From positions 146,258,001 through 146,322,000 of the forward strand of contig NC_082715.1 in NCBI RefSeq assembly GCF_030144855.1: DNA of 64,000 bases, read 5' to 3'. Below the pieces are notes generated by a model that was not told the DNA's origin, made no database searches, and saw only the letters and a program-made list of their open reading frames with translations. Of this stretch, positions 23,601 through 37,137 are shown piece after piece. The stretch comes from Hypanus sabinus. Lineage: Eukaryota. How positions within the stretch are numbered: the first letter of the stretch is position 1; every line of letters begins with the position of its first letter. A program made the position numbers and the translations under genes.

Positions 23601-25256
23601 CATTGGGAACAAATTGCTGGGATCTTTGCAGAGACTTTTGTATCTTTGTTAGCCACACGCATGTTTTCGGAAATCTAAAGTCTGGCTAATGTATCATTTT
23701 GACTTGAGAGTCTGCAAGGATAAGCTAAGGAACTACAGGCTGACGAGCCTAACATTAGTCGAGGGGTACTACAGGTGATTCTGCGAGACAAGCTCTTAAT
23801 AGATTTGGAAAAGCAAGATATTAGGAATGGTCATCTGATTTTGTGTGTGAGAAATCACGTCTCCGAAATTTATTTGGCTGTTTTGGAAAGATAACCAAAG
23901 CAATTGACGTGGGTAGGGCCATAGTTGACCACATGGAAGGGACGTCGTGAATTATAATGAACGGCTGGGATAAACTGGGATTGCTTTTCCTTGAACGCAA
24001 AGAGGCTGAAGGGTGACATTACAGGTTTATTAAATCGTGACGGGAGGACATAGGGTGAATGGTCAAAGTCTAATAAACCCCACTCGGGCTTCCAGACGGG
24101 CATGTGTATCGCTTTTAACCGACGTTTCGATGACAATCTCTGCTTTCTTTATCATGAACGTGGAGTTTGTCATCGAAGCGTCAGTTAAAATAGATAACTG
24201 TACCTGGCAGGATACCCGAGGAGGGTTTATTCGTCATACATGCTGGGAAAGCACCAGATTCCCTTGGTCAAAATCTATTTCCAATTGTCACGGTGCTTAA
24301 AACTGGAGGGCAATGATTTAGGGAGATGGAGGAAAATTAAAGGATATATATATTTCCACAAAGTGGTTGGTTATATGGCAAAACGTGCCAGACGAAACAC
24401 CTGCCAGGTGTTGCAACAGTTATTAAGTTTAAAATACGTTTGGAGATGTACACAGAGAGGTAATGTTTAAAGAGATACGGAGCCAATGCAGGTGAATTGG
24501 TCCAACTGAAGAAGGCGCCTTATTCGGCATCGACGAAGTGGGAGAAGAACTTGTTTTCTTGTTGTATATCTCTATGACTCCAATATGTAGCTCGTGTTTC
24601 CATAGCGTATTGATAAGAAAACTGAGGATTGCAAACCGGAGGGAGATTTTTCGACAGTCGCCGTTTCTGCCTTCATCGCATTGGATGGGGAGATAGCTGA
24701 AGGTGGAAAGTGTATGAGATGCTGCGAGAATTTGGAAGTGTGCGAATAGCGTTCCATGTTTACTTAGGTATCCTGGGTTATTTATTTAAAACCCATGCAG
24801 CAGAGCGACCACCAGTCTTCTTGTATAGTCACTCATTTAGATCATGACATCTCTCTGTGAAGACCGCGAGGTAGACGCTCTGCAACGGATAAAATAAATC
24901 ACCCTCAGATAGATGAGCATTCATGGACAAAAGAAATAATCGAACTATAATTGGAACTGCGCAGCCTATTCTAGCACGGGAGTAATTGCATTGCGGCAAT
25001 GTAATTGCGATATTTTTGAGCCCTGATGCTCTTGAAAATAACCTCACCGGTGCTTTCCAGTCACCGCACCGACCTATTGCCAATTGCTTAACACGCATTC
25101 GGCACCGTTGTCCAAAGTCTGTCCACTTTTTCCGCTCGTCCTTGGTGTTGAACTTGAACCGCAACTTGGCATCTGAGTCACTAAGTCACTAAGTATTAAC
25201 TGATTCACACACGATTTGTTATCGTTCTTTAATATGGACATTTTATTTCATTCCAG

Positions 25257-25585
25257 GTGGAAAACTGACCCGTCCTTCGATTACTCTTCTTCCACCCGCA
25301 TCAAAACAGATCAGTGAAAGACAGAAGGCGACTCTGGTGTGTCTGGTCAATAATTTTTCCCCTAGATCGGCGGAGGTTTCCTGGGAAATGGACGGCAATG
25401 CCGTGAAGGCTGGTGTCCTGACAACTCGAACCGTCCAGAACAGCGACCAGACCTACAGCCTCAGCAGTTACCTCACCCTGACCGCCTCGGAATGGAACTC
25501 ACATGAAGAGTACACTTGCGGGGTGACACACCAGTCTCTCGGGTCTCCACTGAAGCGAAGCATTCAGAAATCGGGCTGTGCGTAA
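25257..25585 (+). CDS. IgL gene 1, constant exon (C1-set), isotype uncertain
   Basis: Acceptor TTCCAG at 25256, phase matches J; GKLTRPSITLLPP...ATLVCLV...SW...YSLSSYLTL...YTCGVTH...KSGCA*; penultimate Cys; AATAAA 25747-25752. Confidence 0.97.
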
Positions 25586-28500
25586 GAGAGAGCCGGCAGG
25601 CTGGGTGCGTGGTGTTACTTGTGGTCGGGGACAGCAACGTTCTATGATTGTTTCCTTTCCATTGGCGAGCGGCTTTCGAAACGTAGAACAATATTTACAT
25701 GATAAGAAAAATCACTTTGTAATTGAGTCCTACAATCTTTTGTTTAAATAAAGTAAAAGATGTTTCTTCTGGCAGCCTGTATATTTTGTATGTCAACAGT
25801 TGAGTATAACCATAGGCCTGTAAATCGCTAAATTCGTTGACATGAACAACGCCATCTTTTAACGCCGTCTTTGAGCGTTACACAGCTTGGGATTCTAAAA
25901 GCGGACATGAGGTTCCAGGTTATTACATGATCGGAATATATTGAGTGGAGAAGCCGCGGTACAAAAACAGCGGCTACGGGCGTTGATTTATAGCAGCGAT
26001 TCCTGTAGTCACTAGCTAACGAAGGTAATATATGTTAACAGGGAATACAAAAAAGGGACAATCAGATCCTACTCCGCTCCGTATGTTAATGCCCACAGTC
26101 AGAAATGAGCAGCAGTAGTTCGGTACAGATGGAATTCGCACTCATGCAATCTCAGAGAAAGAAGGCAAAAATTTGTAAAGGCTATGTTTGCTGTTATATC
26201 CTTTAGCTCGCTTCGTAGACTCGGAACGGTACCACAAAACACCATCTCAGAACTGCTCGGCATTTTTTCCAATGCAAGCAGAGCAGTAAGAAAGTTCCAT
26301 CATGAACTGCTGTCAAAATTCTTTGACAGCTGATGATGTGACTCTGGTTGTATCGGTTATTAACCATAAAACTGGAATGAGGAAAAGGGCATTTTATCCT
26401 CCTAACATGTTCAGATATATATAATCAAGTTGTAGTTAATATTCGACCTCAGCGCCATGTTCCTGACTCTGCCTTAATATGCAGATATGCGTCGATTTTA
26501 ATAACTGTCCCTTGAAAGGGTGGAGAATTCCACCACCGAGTGCACATTAAGTGCGTGTTCTTGACTGAGGAGCAGGTTGTGCCATGTTGCCATTTACGGG
26601 AACAAGACGGAACGCCCCAAAGTCAGAATTCCGCGAAAAGGCCTGGAGTGCTTCTCACTTCATTTTCAAGTAACAACCGCTTCGCCTGAGACTGGAGCCA
26701 TGATAGTGGACTCCTCATCTTGGAAAGTCTCGTCTTCATGAAGCGTGTTAAGATCTGTTGGAATTTTCAATTTCATTGAAATCTCCCCTCATACTCGTAA
26801 ATTCTCGAAAAAACAGGCCAAACTACGCAGATTATTCTCATATTATTCTCAGTGAGTCAACTGACACTGGAACTAGTTTGGTGAATATTTGTTGCAACTC
26901 CTTCATCTCTTTAAGCGGTGATATCAAAACTAGTCAATGACGTCACTATTCGTGTACATAAATCTCTGTCATGACAAAGGCTAAAATAACATTTGTCTTC
27001 CACGTGGTCTGTTCTTCCGGCACTTCGGCGCTCAGGAAGCCGAAACCCATTTAGCAACACCACCGTGAATGTAATATACTCTGATATTGAGATATTTGTA
27101 AAATATATTAAATTTGGAACGTGTTATCAAACAACTAAACTAAAGTTTTAATCAAGATTAGTTCGTGAAACAGATAGTTAAAATAATAAAACAAATAGTT
27201 AAAATAATAAATGAAAATAAGCCAGATTTAAACAATCGATCTTTCTTTTTATACAACTGTCCTGTTCGCTACACCCCACAATCAATGCTGTCTCTTATGG
27301 ATTGAAGTGTGAACCTGGCCCAAGATACAAGTGTCAATAACAGTGCAATGCTGGGTCCTGTCTTTTCGGTTCTACTACAGCGCAGCATTTGGTATTGCAA
27401 CAAAAACTGACCAGCATGCAGATAGTATTCAATAAATCGTCCTCAAAGCTTGAAACTGCGCACTGTACAAAGAATTACCAATTCCATGTGGTCGAAAGAA
27501 AACTTAATCAAAAAGGCAGTGCTGATCTAGTCAGAAATCTTCCGTATAACTGTTAACATACAATTACATATATTGAAAATCGCTAAAAATAAACCATTTT
27601 TTCCACCGATGTTCGACCTTTTTAATAGAATATAAGCATATTGCGCTTTGGATGAACGATTGCTGTGTTTGATTAGTGGTCGAAGATACAAGGCGTCAGA
27701 AGTTCTGGTGGTTGTCGCGTTCGGGCTACCATTGCTGGGGTGTGACGATATTAGGTAGAAGTTATCGTTGACAAGGATTCTTATGAGAGCAGTGATCAAT
27801 GTACGTAACGAGAAGACATTAATTGTGCTCATTTTGGGATTATTTAGAGTTTGGATATGTCCAGCTGTTTATCGATCCTGAGAATGCCTGTGAGGCGAGT
27901 AAATATTTCTCAACAGTGTATTTAAACGCAGGATGTTTCCTCCCTGTCACTGAGATCATCGTCAATAGTGTGAGACTGGTACTTTGAGTAACCTGAATGG
28001 ATTCCGTGGCCCAGGCCTATTGAATTCATCTCGCCCACCTCCCCGTCATTGCCAAAGCAATCCTCATTTAAATGTCCATTTTATACTTCCCTGTTATGCT
28101 TTGCTTAAACGTGGCTATTCTGATAATGCATAATAAAACGAAGTCAATAAGAATTCCCCGAAGGGAATCGCAGTCAATTCTCCAATGACCACCTTTGTCT
28201 GTTCTTAGGTTTAATATTTCTGCAGATATTTGCAGTCATCTTTGAAATAAAAGTAAGCTGACACAAATCAGCATTTCTGTAAGCATACAATATTTGATTT
28301 GATTAAATATCTGATTATATTATAGGATCCTTGCAGTAAATTAGTAACAATTTGGTCGCATCTAACAAATCAAGGACCGAAGAAAGATGCAGCAGTACCA
28401 ACATTGGACCACCTAGCTCCACCGACCGCCTATCCCTGCTCCAGTAGGACCACGTCTCTTACCCATTGTACTGCTAATCCTCGTACACCGCGCTTTACGA

Positions 28501-29923
28501 GGTGCTCTAAAATCTATCAGTGTCACCGACGAACACCGTAAATTTCTGATCTCTGAGGAGAAAGTTAGGAATGCTTCATATAAAAGGAAACTTTTCAGTT
28601 CTAAGATTATCCAAATCTTCACTCAAAGACGGTTGACTCCAGACCTAGTTTTGACAGCTAGAGAAAAGGTTTCCCAATATCTGGTTTCTCAAACCAATTG
28701 AGGAAATTCAACAGAGATCTTCTCACATACTGTGAAACTACAGTAACCTTACTCCAGTTTTCTTAAATATCTGTTTAATGGAAATTGTTTTCACCTTAGG
28801 GATTGATTCTGTCCACTATGCCGCACTGACTGCAAGCAAATATATCGTGTCTTAGACATTGAAAATGCACACTGGGTAGAACAAAAATTGTGGTCTCTGG
28901 AACTTCCTGTAAAATATGAACAAGTCATTTATATATTCCACTTACCTCCTCAATGCGAAGCCAAATGATAATGCGTGAAAGTAATATTGTAAACACTTTC
29001 TGTTGCATTTGAAAATCAAAATTAAAAGATCAGAAACAAAAGGTCAGCAAAGCATCAAAATATGGACTCATCACTTACCGCTAATTAATTACAGAAGTCA
29101 TCACTTTTGACGTATTGCTCTGCAACACCGCAACCTACGGCGCAATATATTGTATGAAATATCATCACTCCAGGTTTCCCCATTTCCGTTTGACTTATCC
29201 GATCTCATCGGAAACTACTTCTATATTAGTTTCACACAGCCACATCGACAAGTGCAGTAGGGGCTTTCAGTATTTCAGTGAGGTGCCACTCTTCTAAACA
29301 CTGGAGAATTAAGGTATAGTATTTATAACTCTCCACATAGAATTAACCCCTACTCCTGCATGCTAAACGGGCGAATCCTCTTCATTTCTTCGCATTCGTA
29401 TCCATCCTTGGTGAGAGAATTACAACCTCTTCAAATTGGACACCAAGGTAGCAGTACGAGCCGGAGGGGTACCGGAGTTCAATCCCGATGTCTTTCGTCA
29501 GTAGTTTGTATACTCCTCCCCGTGAACTCGCGGGTTTCCTCCGGGTGTTCCGTTTTCCTCGCACGTTCCAAAGATCTGTATTGTAAGTTGTCCTGTGATT
29601 AGGCTAGGATTCATAGGTGGGTTGCTGGGCTGTGAGGCTCATTGGGTCGGAAGGGCCTGTTCCACGCTCTGTCTCGAAATAAATAAATAAAATCTTCTGA
29701 TGCCGTCCCGTTAAGGTGGGTCTGTGAGCCCACTATGCTATTTTACCATTATAATCATGTCCTATTGCCCTTCCCGCTGTTTGCTTTCATTTACATCGAC
29801 TTTAGGGGATTTATTTGTAGATCCTAAATGGTCTTCTAATACTGACGTTGTAATCTATTGCTTTGATTTTCAATTCGTATAGATGGTTACTTCATGTTCA
29901 TAAAGGACAATCAACTTGTTTAA

Positions 29924-32900
29924 TGTTATACTTTTCGGTGCCGTTTCCCAAATTTCCATGGAGATTTCAGATTTCAGATTTCGTTCATACACTGATGTGA
30001 AATTGAATAAGTTGCCTTAAACTTTTAAAATAAAATTTTATTGTATGTAGAGCACGCTTCACATTGTATATTAAATGAAATATATTATTATATATTCATT
30101 ATATTATATAGATATATAGTACTAACATGTTCCAATGCTCTGCAATTTTCTGAACTTTCTGTTAAATTTACTAACAAGCTTCCAGTCATGTTAGGTAGTT
30201 TATATCAGTTTATGTATAAAACTGTCATGAAATCATCTATCTTATTACAAATGTTGCGTGCATTCAAGTGAATAGTATTGGCTTACTATGCTCTCTCCGT
30301 TTCTGACTATATTCTTATGTTCCTGTTATCATTACATCACAACCTGAACCAATGACTACTTTTCCTTCAATAAAAGGTAAAAAAAAAGGTTAAATATCCT
30401 CCCCGCACATTGTTTGGCTCATCGGGCGGCAACCTTGCCGTTTCTTTAGCAGTTGTCTGGTTTATGAGGCTAAGTTACTTACTCAACGCTCAACTCAGCA
30501 CGGATGGAAAGTGTGTAAGGGGCCCGCCGATTTCGAACCCGGCACCTCGTGTTCTGAATTCCGGGTGCGGATATCACTATAGCACCGTCCTAGACCTGTT
30601 CCTTCAGTACTTGCAGCAAAATAAGACCCCCATTCAAAAACTTATTGCCACCCACTCCATCCCCGCCACCAGCACTACTACAAATATTTAATTTACAGCA
30701 TTATCTAGAGTTCTTGTTACTTAATTTACTATGAAATAGATGATAGCCTGATTCAAGCTCATTCATTTATCTGTCCATCTATCTATCCATCTATATCCAT
30801 TAATTAATCAATTGATTGATTAATTGTTTCAGTGCAGAATAGACCCCTCTGGCTCTTCGAGCCGTACCATCCAGTATACTCTGACAATCCTGATTTAATT
30901 CCGGAGCATACGGGAGATACCCACACATTCTTCGGGGAGGACTTAGAAACTTCTGACAGAGGACGTCGGCTGCTCTCTCCTTTCCTTGTACTGATACCAG
31001 TGACCCCGGAGATGAAAGCCACAGCTATCTATGTGGAGTTTGCAAGGTCTCGTTATGACCGGGTGAGTTTTCTCTGTGCACATCGGTTTCCCGCCTCATG
31101 CCAAAGACGTGCGTTACCTCTAGTTTACTAGGGCTCCGTAAATTGCCCCAAATGCGTTGGCAGGTGGTAGTATGTACACAAGCTGTGTGAGGAATGAACA
31201 TAGGGCCAATGTAAAATTAACAAAAGTGTGTGGTTGTATGACGGCGTGGACTTGATGGGCCGGCGGTTTGTTTATGTCTCCTTGACTCTTAAATACTCTT
31301 CAGACGAAGTAGACGCTTTTAACGTAGGCCGCACTTATGTGGGGACTTACGCCTGTGTTGCAAATTCCTACCGCACTCATCCTCATGCCTCTGCACTGCC
31401 CGAAGTCTTATGAAGCCTGTATAACAGTGCCCTGGCCCGTTTGCTCATTCTATCCACATAGATAGTAAGGATATCACAACTGTTAAATTTAATTGCAAGA
31501 TCTCAGTAGCACAACTTGCCTGACATTTGTACCTGCCTCACAGATAGTCAAATATTTCTCGTCTATTTCTGCAACGCTTAAATCTAATAGCCATGAGAAT
31601 CTCTGGGAGCAAAACCCCCACCTGTAACACTCTGCGTTTGAATACCCGGTTTCAACCTCTCACCTCTGAGCCCAAGTAAGCTGAACTGCAGTTATCTACC
31701 GGGGATGTTTCAACCACAGATCACAGTAGTTTTTGCCAACTCCCAGAAGCGGTGGCAACTGTGTTTCACCTATTTTGCAATTGTAGAAAAATATAAAATG
31801 ACAGGACAATTAAATACAATTATGTTCATGTTGTTGTTAATTGGTTGGCAACCTTGTGAGCTGAACATTAGCTGTATGGAATTCACATAGCTATTTTGTC
31901 CTCGAATACCATTTAGAATTCAATATTATCGGTCCAACCGAAGGGCTGGGGCAAAAAGTGCAGATCGATCAGCTCGATTCACCTGAAAGGATCACAAAAT
32001 AATCCATACTAACAGTGCAGATGAAGATTATTTTGTCAAGTTCAATATCTATTCCAATTCTTACACATGCGAGAAGGGCACCAATACAAAACACTGCATA
32101 TATTTGTGTTTACTGTCGGTATAACAAGACTCTATGGAAAAGCAAAGCAAATGCAACACGACTCCACTATTTTAGGGCAGGAGTTGACAAGCTGGACTGA
32201 AAACTCTGTATTTTATTAGTCAATACTAATGAAAATATAGCAATAACTATCCAAAGAAATTAACAGGGCAGAACATTTACTTTAAAGCAATTCAATTACT
32301 TCAAAAATCCTCCCGTTTGTGTAGAATTAGTAGCAGTCGGTGGAGTTATAGATTCGTTCTGCCTTTTAAGGCGGATTCCAGTCGCGTTCGGCAAGGTGTA
32401 GAGTTAATGGAAGTAAGAAAACGGGAAATATAATAGCGTCTCGCAATTCGGTGTTGTCTTCAGATACCATGGCTGTATAAATAGTCACCCTTTCAACCGT
32501 GCATCTGGGCGAATATTTTAGGACCATTGTCTGAAGTATAAGGATCTGCGATTCAGTGTTGAAATGAGGACAATTTTCTTTACTCAGAAGTTACTAGATT
32601 TTAGGAATTCTCCATCCAAGACCGGTGCAGGTGCTCAGAAGTTGAGAATGTTCAAAATAGATCAATAGACATCAATGGAGCTGCATTTCCATAGAAACGT
32701 AGAAAACCTACAGCACAATACAGGCCTTTCGGCCAACAAAGTTGTGCCGAACATGTCACTACTTTAGAAATTACTAGGCTTACCTATAGCCCTCTATTTT
32801 ACTAAGCTTCATGTACCTATCTAAAAGTCTCTTAAAAGACCCTGGCGTGTCTGCCTCCACCACAGTTGCTGGCAGCTCATTCCACGCACTCAGCACCTTC

Positions 32901-33027
32901 TGAGTAAAAAACCTATCCCTGACATCTCCCCTGTATCCACTCCCCAGCACCTTAAACCTGTGTCCTCTTGTGGCAACCATTTCTGTCCTGGGAAAAAGCC
33001 TCTGACTATCCAGACAATCAATGCCTC
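29924..33027 (+). repeat. Segmental duplicate A'; partner 2741-5843
   Basis: See duplicate A; lacks the L1 found before 2741. Confidence 0.95.
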
Positions 33028-33029
33028 TC

Positions 33030-34715
33030 TGTCATGGTCCAGATCATGAAATCCACATTCCGGTTCACAGTCTGGTCAATGCACCTTATTCCAGTATTTC
33101 CGGGTTTACTCCGTTTATGTTGCGGCAGCTGATTCTTGTTTGGGCTAGCTTCATAAATAGCTTCAGGATTCAGCCTCTGGCGGCTGGATTGTTCCTGACC
33201 AAACCCCCTGTGTATCCCTCCCTTCACATTCCTCCTGGAACCTAGCCTCGCCTCGACTCGCTTTGGAGCATCGCCCTGTTTGGAACTGTCTGTCCATGTC
33301 CGTGCCTTCGCTAGGTAGGTCCGACCGCTTTGCCGCTATCTAGCGTTGGGAACTGTCTCGTCGTGTTTGGTGTTATGTGTAATGAGTCCCGGCTCTACAT
33401 CCTGTACCTAAGGACGGGTCACGGCTCTGTGTTCTGTGTTATGAGTCCCGGCCCATTGTTCTATTCCCAAGGAGGGGTTCCGGCTGAATGTTCCACGTCC
33501 CTGTCTCTCCGTAGGCTCTGTGTCCTCATCATGTCCATGTGCCTCGCCCAGCCCAGGAGTACCTTGCCCAGCCTGGTGCTGGGATTCTCTCGTCCTATCC
33601 TGGGGTTCCCTTGTCCAGGAGTCTCACGTCCAGTTCTGTTGTCTCTCCCTCGACCAGAGCTCTGTGTTATCGTCTTGTACATGTGCCTATCTTGCCCAGC
33701 CCGGTGCTGGGATTCCCTCGTAATATGCTGGGATTCTCTTGTCCCGGAATCCCACGTCCATTCCTGTTGTCTCGCCCTCGACCAGAGCTCTGTACTCTCG
33801 TCATGTCCATGTGCCTCGCCCAGCCCAGGAGTACCTTGCCCAGCCCGGTGCTGGGATTCCCTCGTACTGTGCTGAGGTTCCCTTGTCCCGTCCAGGAGTC
33901 TCTCGTCCCGTCCTATGCGTCTCCTCGTCCTGTAACCTCGTCATGTCCTCGCCTGGTTCTGGAGTCCGAGTCCGAGTCAAGACCCACGTTCCGGGTCCTT
34001 GTCCAGCCTCTGGCTCGAAGTCCAATCCCAGGCTCCTAGTCCCCAGTTCCTTATCCTGGTTCCCTATCCTAGTCAGGTCCTAGCCCAGGCCCGGATATCC
34101 TTGTCTCGTCTGGGGCCTGTGTTATGTCCAGCGTCCTTTCTCCCTCTCTTCCCTTGCTTCCTTCTCACGCCTAGTCCTGTTCCTGGTAGTTCAGTGTCTG
34201 CGTCTTGCTTTTGGGTCCACTCCCAACACTCCCATTATGACAGAACAGTCCAGCCAGACTTGGACCCAGCGATACAGACACTGTCATTTAACTCTTGCTA
34301 ACCTGGGTTCTCTCTTGTTGATCCTCCCCACCACCACCCGCCCGTGTTGTCTATAGTCTGGGGGGAAGACTTTTGGGTCGCCAGGAGGCTCCCATAGAGC
34401 CGTGGGACGGGGGGTTGTTTAGTCTGGCTCCATAAATAGCTTCAGGATTCAGCCTCTGGCAGCTGGATGGTTCCTGTCCAAACCCCCTGTCTGTATCGCT
34501 TCCCTTCACCTTCGGTCTTGCCTTTTCTTGCCTCGCCTCGCCCTGTTTGGAACTGTCTGTCCATGTTCACGCCTTCACTAGGTAGGTCCGGCCGTTTCTC
34601 CGCTAGCTAGCGTTGGGAGCTGTCTCATCGTGTTTCGAGTTCTGTGTAATGAGTTCCTGCCCTACGTCCTTTATCAAAGGAGGGGTCCCATCTCTGTGTT
34701 CTCCGTTATGAGTTC
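33030..34715 (+). mobile_element. Internally deleted Gypsy LTR retrotransposon (Tf1/sushi-like): 5' LTR 33030-34242, PBS, gag start, PPT, partial 3' LTR
   Basis: LTR termini TGTCAT...ATGACA; CATAAATAG TATA; TTGGACCCAGCG (DPA gag-like start) at ~34260; purine tract GGGACGGGGGG before a second copy of CATAAATAGCTTCAGGATTCAGCC at ~34430; internal tandem repeats. Confidence 0.75.
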
Positions 34716-35710
34716 CACGATTGATGAAGGCCAATACACCAAACGCCTTCTCAACCACAGAGCCAACCCGCGCAGCTGCTTTGACCGTCCTATAGACTCG
34801 GACCCCAAGATTCCTCTGATCATCCACACTGCCACGAATCTTACCATTAATACTATATTCTGCCATCATATTTGACCTACCAAAATAAACCACTTCACAC
34901 TTATCTGGGTTGAACTCCATCTGCCACTTCTCAGCCCAGTGTTGCGTCCTATCAATGTCCCGCTTTAACCTCTGACAACTCTCTACACCATTCACAACAC
35001 CACCGACCTTTGCGTCATCAGGAACCCTACCAATCCATCCCTCCACTTCCTCGTCCAGGCCATTTATAAAAATCACGAAGAGTTAGGGTCCCAGAACAGA
35101 TCTCCGAGGCACACCACTTGTGACGGACCTCCATGCAAAATGTGACCTGTCCACAACCACTCTTCGCCTTCCGTGGGCAAATCAGTTCTGGATCCACAAG
35201 GCAAGGTCCCCCTGGATCCCATGCCTTACTACCTTATCTTGAATTCCAATCGACTGAAACTTCTTGACCAACCTCCCAGAGGGATTTTTCCACATCCCTT
35301 GCTAAGTCATGGAGACAACATCCGCTGGCTTGCGTTCGTCCACGTGCCAAATAACCTCCTGGAGAAACACGATAAGATTGTTTCGGCATGAATTATCACG
35401 CAGAAAGCGATGCTGACCACCCTTAAGCCGTCTCTGTCTATCCAAATTCTCATATATGCGGTTTCTTAGAGTACCTTCCAAAAACGCTCCCACTACTAAT
35501 ATCAGGCTCATCGGCCGAGAATTTCCTTGTTCATGTTTAGAGACGTTCTTCAACAGCAGAATCACATTAGTCCTCCAGTACCTCACCTGTCACTAAGGGT
35601 GGTTCAAATATCTCTGTTAAGCCTGTATAGTTTCTGCAGTTGCCTCCCACAGAGTCCCAATGAATACATTGTCAGGTTCCGGGGATCTAGCCACCCTAAT
35701 TTGCTTCAAG
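34716..35710 (-). mobile_element. CR1 RT remnant
   Basis: ORF 34603-35076 FINGLDE...WQMEFNPDKCEV; ORF 35302-35586 RPMSLI...QHRF. Confidence 0.85.
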
Positions 35711-36249
35711 TGTCATCACGTGGTCGATGGGAACGGAGAGCCATGGTCGAAGGAGAGCAGAGGAGAATCGGGAAGAAGCGAAGCTGGCCACGGACACTCG
35801 CCCTAAACGAGACCAGGACTCAGGGCTTAGGCTACGACTTGGACTTGGACACGGAATGGAACCTCCTCGGAACCTTGGACACGGAATGGAACCTCCACGG
35901 AGCCTTGGACACGGAATGGAACCTCCACGGAGCCTTGGACTTGAGCACAGGAACACAGAACACAGAGTGAGGACCCCTCCTTGGGGACAGGACATAGAGC
36001 CGGGACTCATACACGGAACACTAAACACAGGGACACCAAGAGATAGCTCCAAGCGCAACGATAGATAGTTCCTGGGGGGTGGAGTTTCAAGATGGCGACG
36101 TAAACATCTGCCTTTTAGGCGCTCTTCACTTTTCTAACTATAATCACCCTTTAATCAAATCTTTTCGAATTTAATCAAATGAGTTGATATTTTCGATTGA
36201 CTTTTTTTTCTTTTAAAACTATATTTGATCTAACTTTGCCGAACTTAAA

Positions 36250-37137
36250 ATGGCTACAAGTAAGAAATCGTCTAAGGAGCCTTTATCTATTGATGCAATT
36301 TCTAATCTTCTGGACACTAAACTTATAAATTTGGATAGCAAGCTGGAAAGTAAAATGACAAGTTTGGAAGACAAGCTGGAAAGCAAAATGGCAAGTTTGG
36401 AAAGTAAAATGGCAAGTTTGGAAAACACGTTTACCACGAAAATGTCTGAACTTGAAGGAGCTGTTAAATCGCTTGATACTAAGTTTCAGTCACAGGCAGC
36501 GGATATTCAGTGGCATGAAGATAAGTTGGAGACCCTTGAAAAATTAATTGTTGAAAAAGCATGTACACTTGAGGAGTTGGATAAGAAGGTACAATCGACT
36601 CTTAAAGTTGTAAATCAGCATAAGTTTAAAATTACTGATCTCGAAAATCGATCTCGCAGACAGAATTTGCGTATTATCGGGTTTTCCGAAAAAGTTGAGT
36701 CCGGTGATTTAACTGAATTTTTCTCTAATTTACTGTGGGAAATTTTCGGTGAAGGTTTGGAAACTAAACCTGTTATTGACCGTGCTCACAGAGTTGCGAG
36801 GTTTTCAGCTACGACTGATAAACCACGAGCGGTGATTGTTCGCCTTCATTATCCTCGTGAGAAAGAGCTTTTAATTCGATTAGCTCGTAAAAAAGGTATG
36901 ATTTCTTACAAAAACTTTCAATTTCGAATTGTTGAGGATTATTCTTATGAGGTTATGAGAGCCAGAATCGCTTTTAAACCAGTGATGGCAGAGATTCACT
37001 CGATTGGACTTAGACAAGCTTTAATGTATCCAGCGAAGCTTAGAATTGTGCTGGACGACAACAATCAACGATTTTTTAACACTCCGGAAGAAGCGAAGAA
37101 ATTTGTTGAAGAATTTCGATCTTCTACTGCAACTTGA
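36250..37137 (+). CDS. L1 ORF1p, 295 aa, intact
   Basis: Same motifs as 1661-2566; LESKMAS heptad repeats. Confidence 0.95.
   Translation: MATSKKSSKEPLSIDAISNLLDTKLINLDSKLESKMTSLEDKLESKMASLESKMASLENTFTTKMSELEGAVKSLDTKFQSQAADIQWHEDKLETLEKLIVEKACTLEELDKKVQSTLKVVNQHKFKITDLENRSRRQNLRIIGFSEKVESGDLTEFFSNLLWEIFGEGLETKPVIDRAHRVARFSATTDKPRAVIVRLHYPREKELLIRLARKKGMISYKNFQFRIVEDYSYEVMRARIAFKPVMAEIHSIGLRQALMYPAKLRIVLDDNNQRFFNTPEEAKKFVEEFRSSTAT

Noticed and set aside
24638-24653. kappaB-like GGGAGATTTTTC in the J-C intron
   Set aside because: Does not fit GGGRNNYYCC and was not seen in the paralogous intron
33330-34301. Overlapping 67-181 aa ORFs
   Set aside because: Open on several frames and both strands because of GC-rich LTR tandem repeats; no domain
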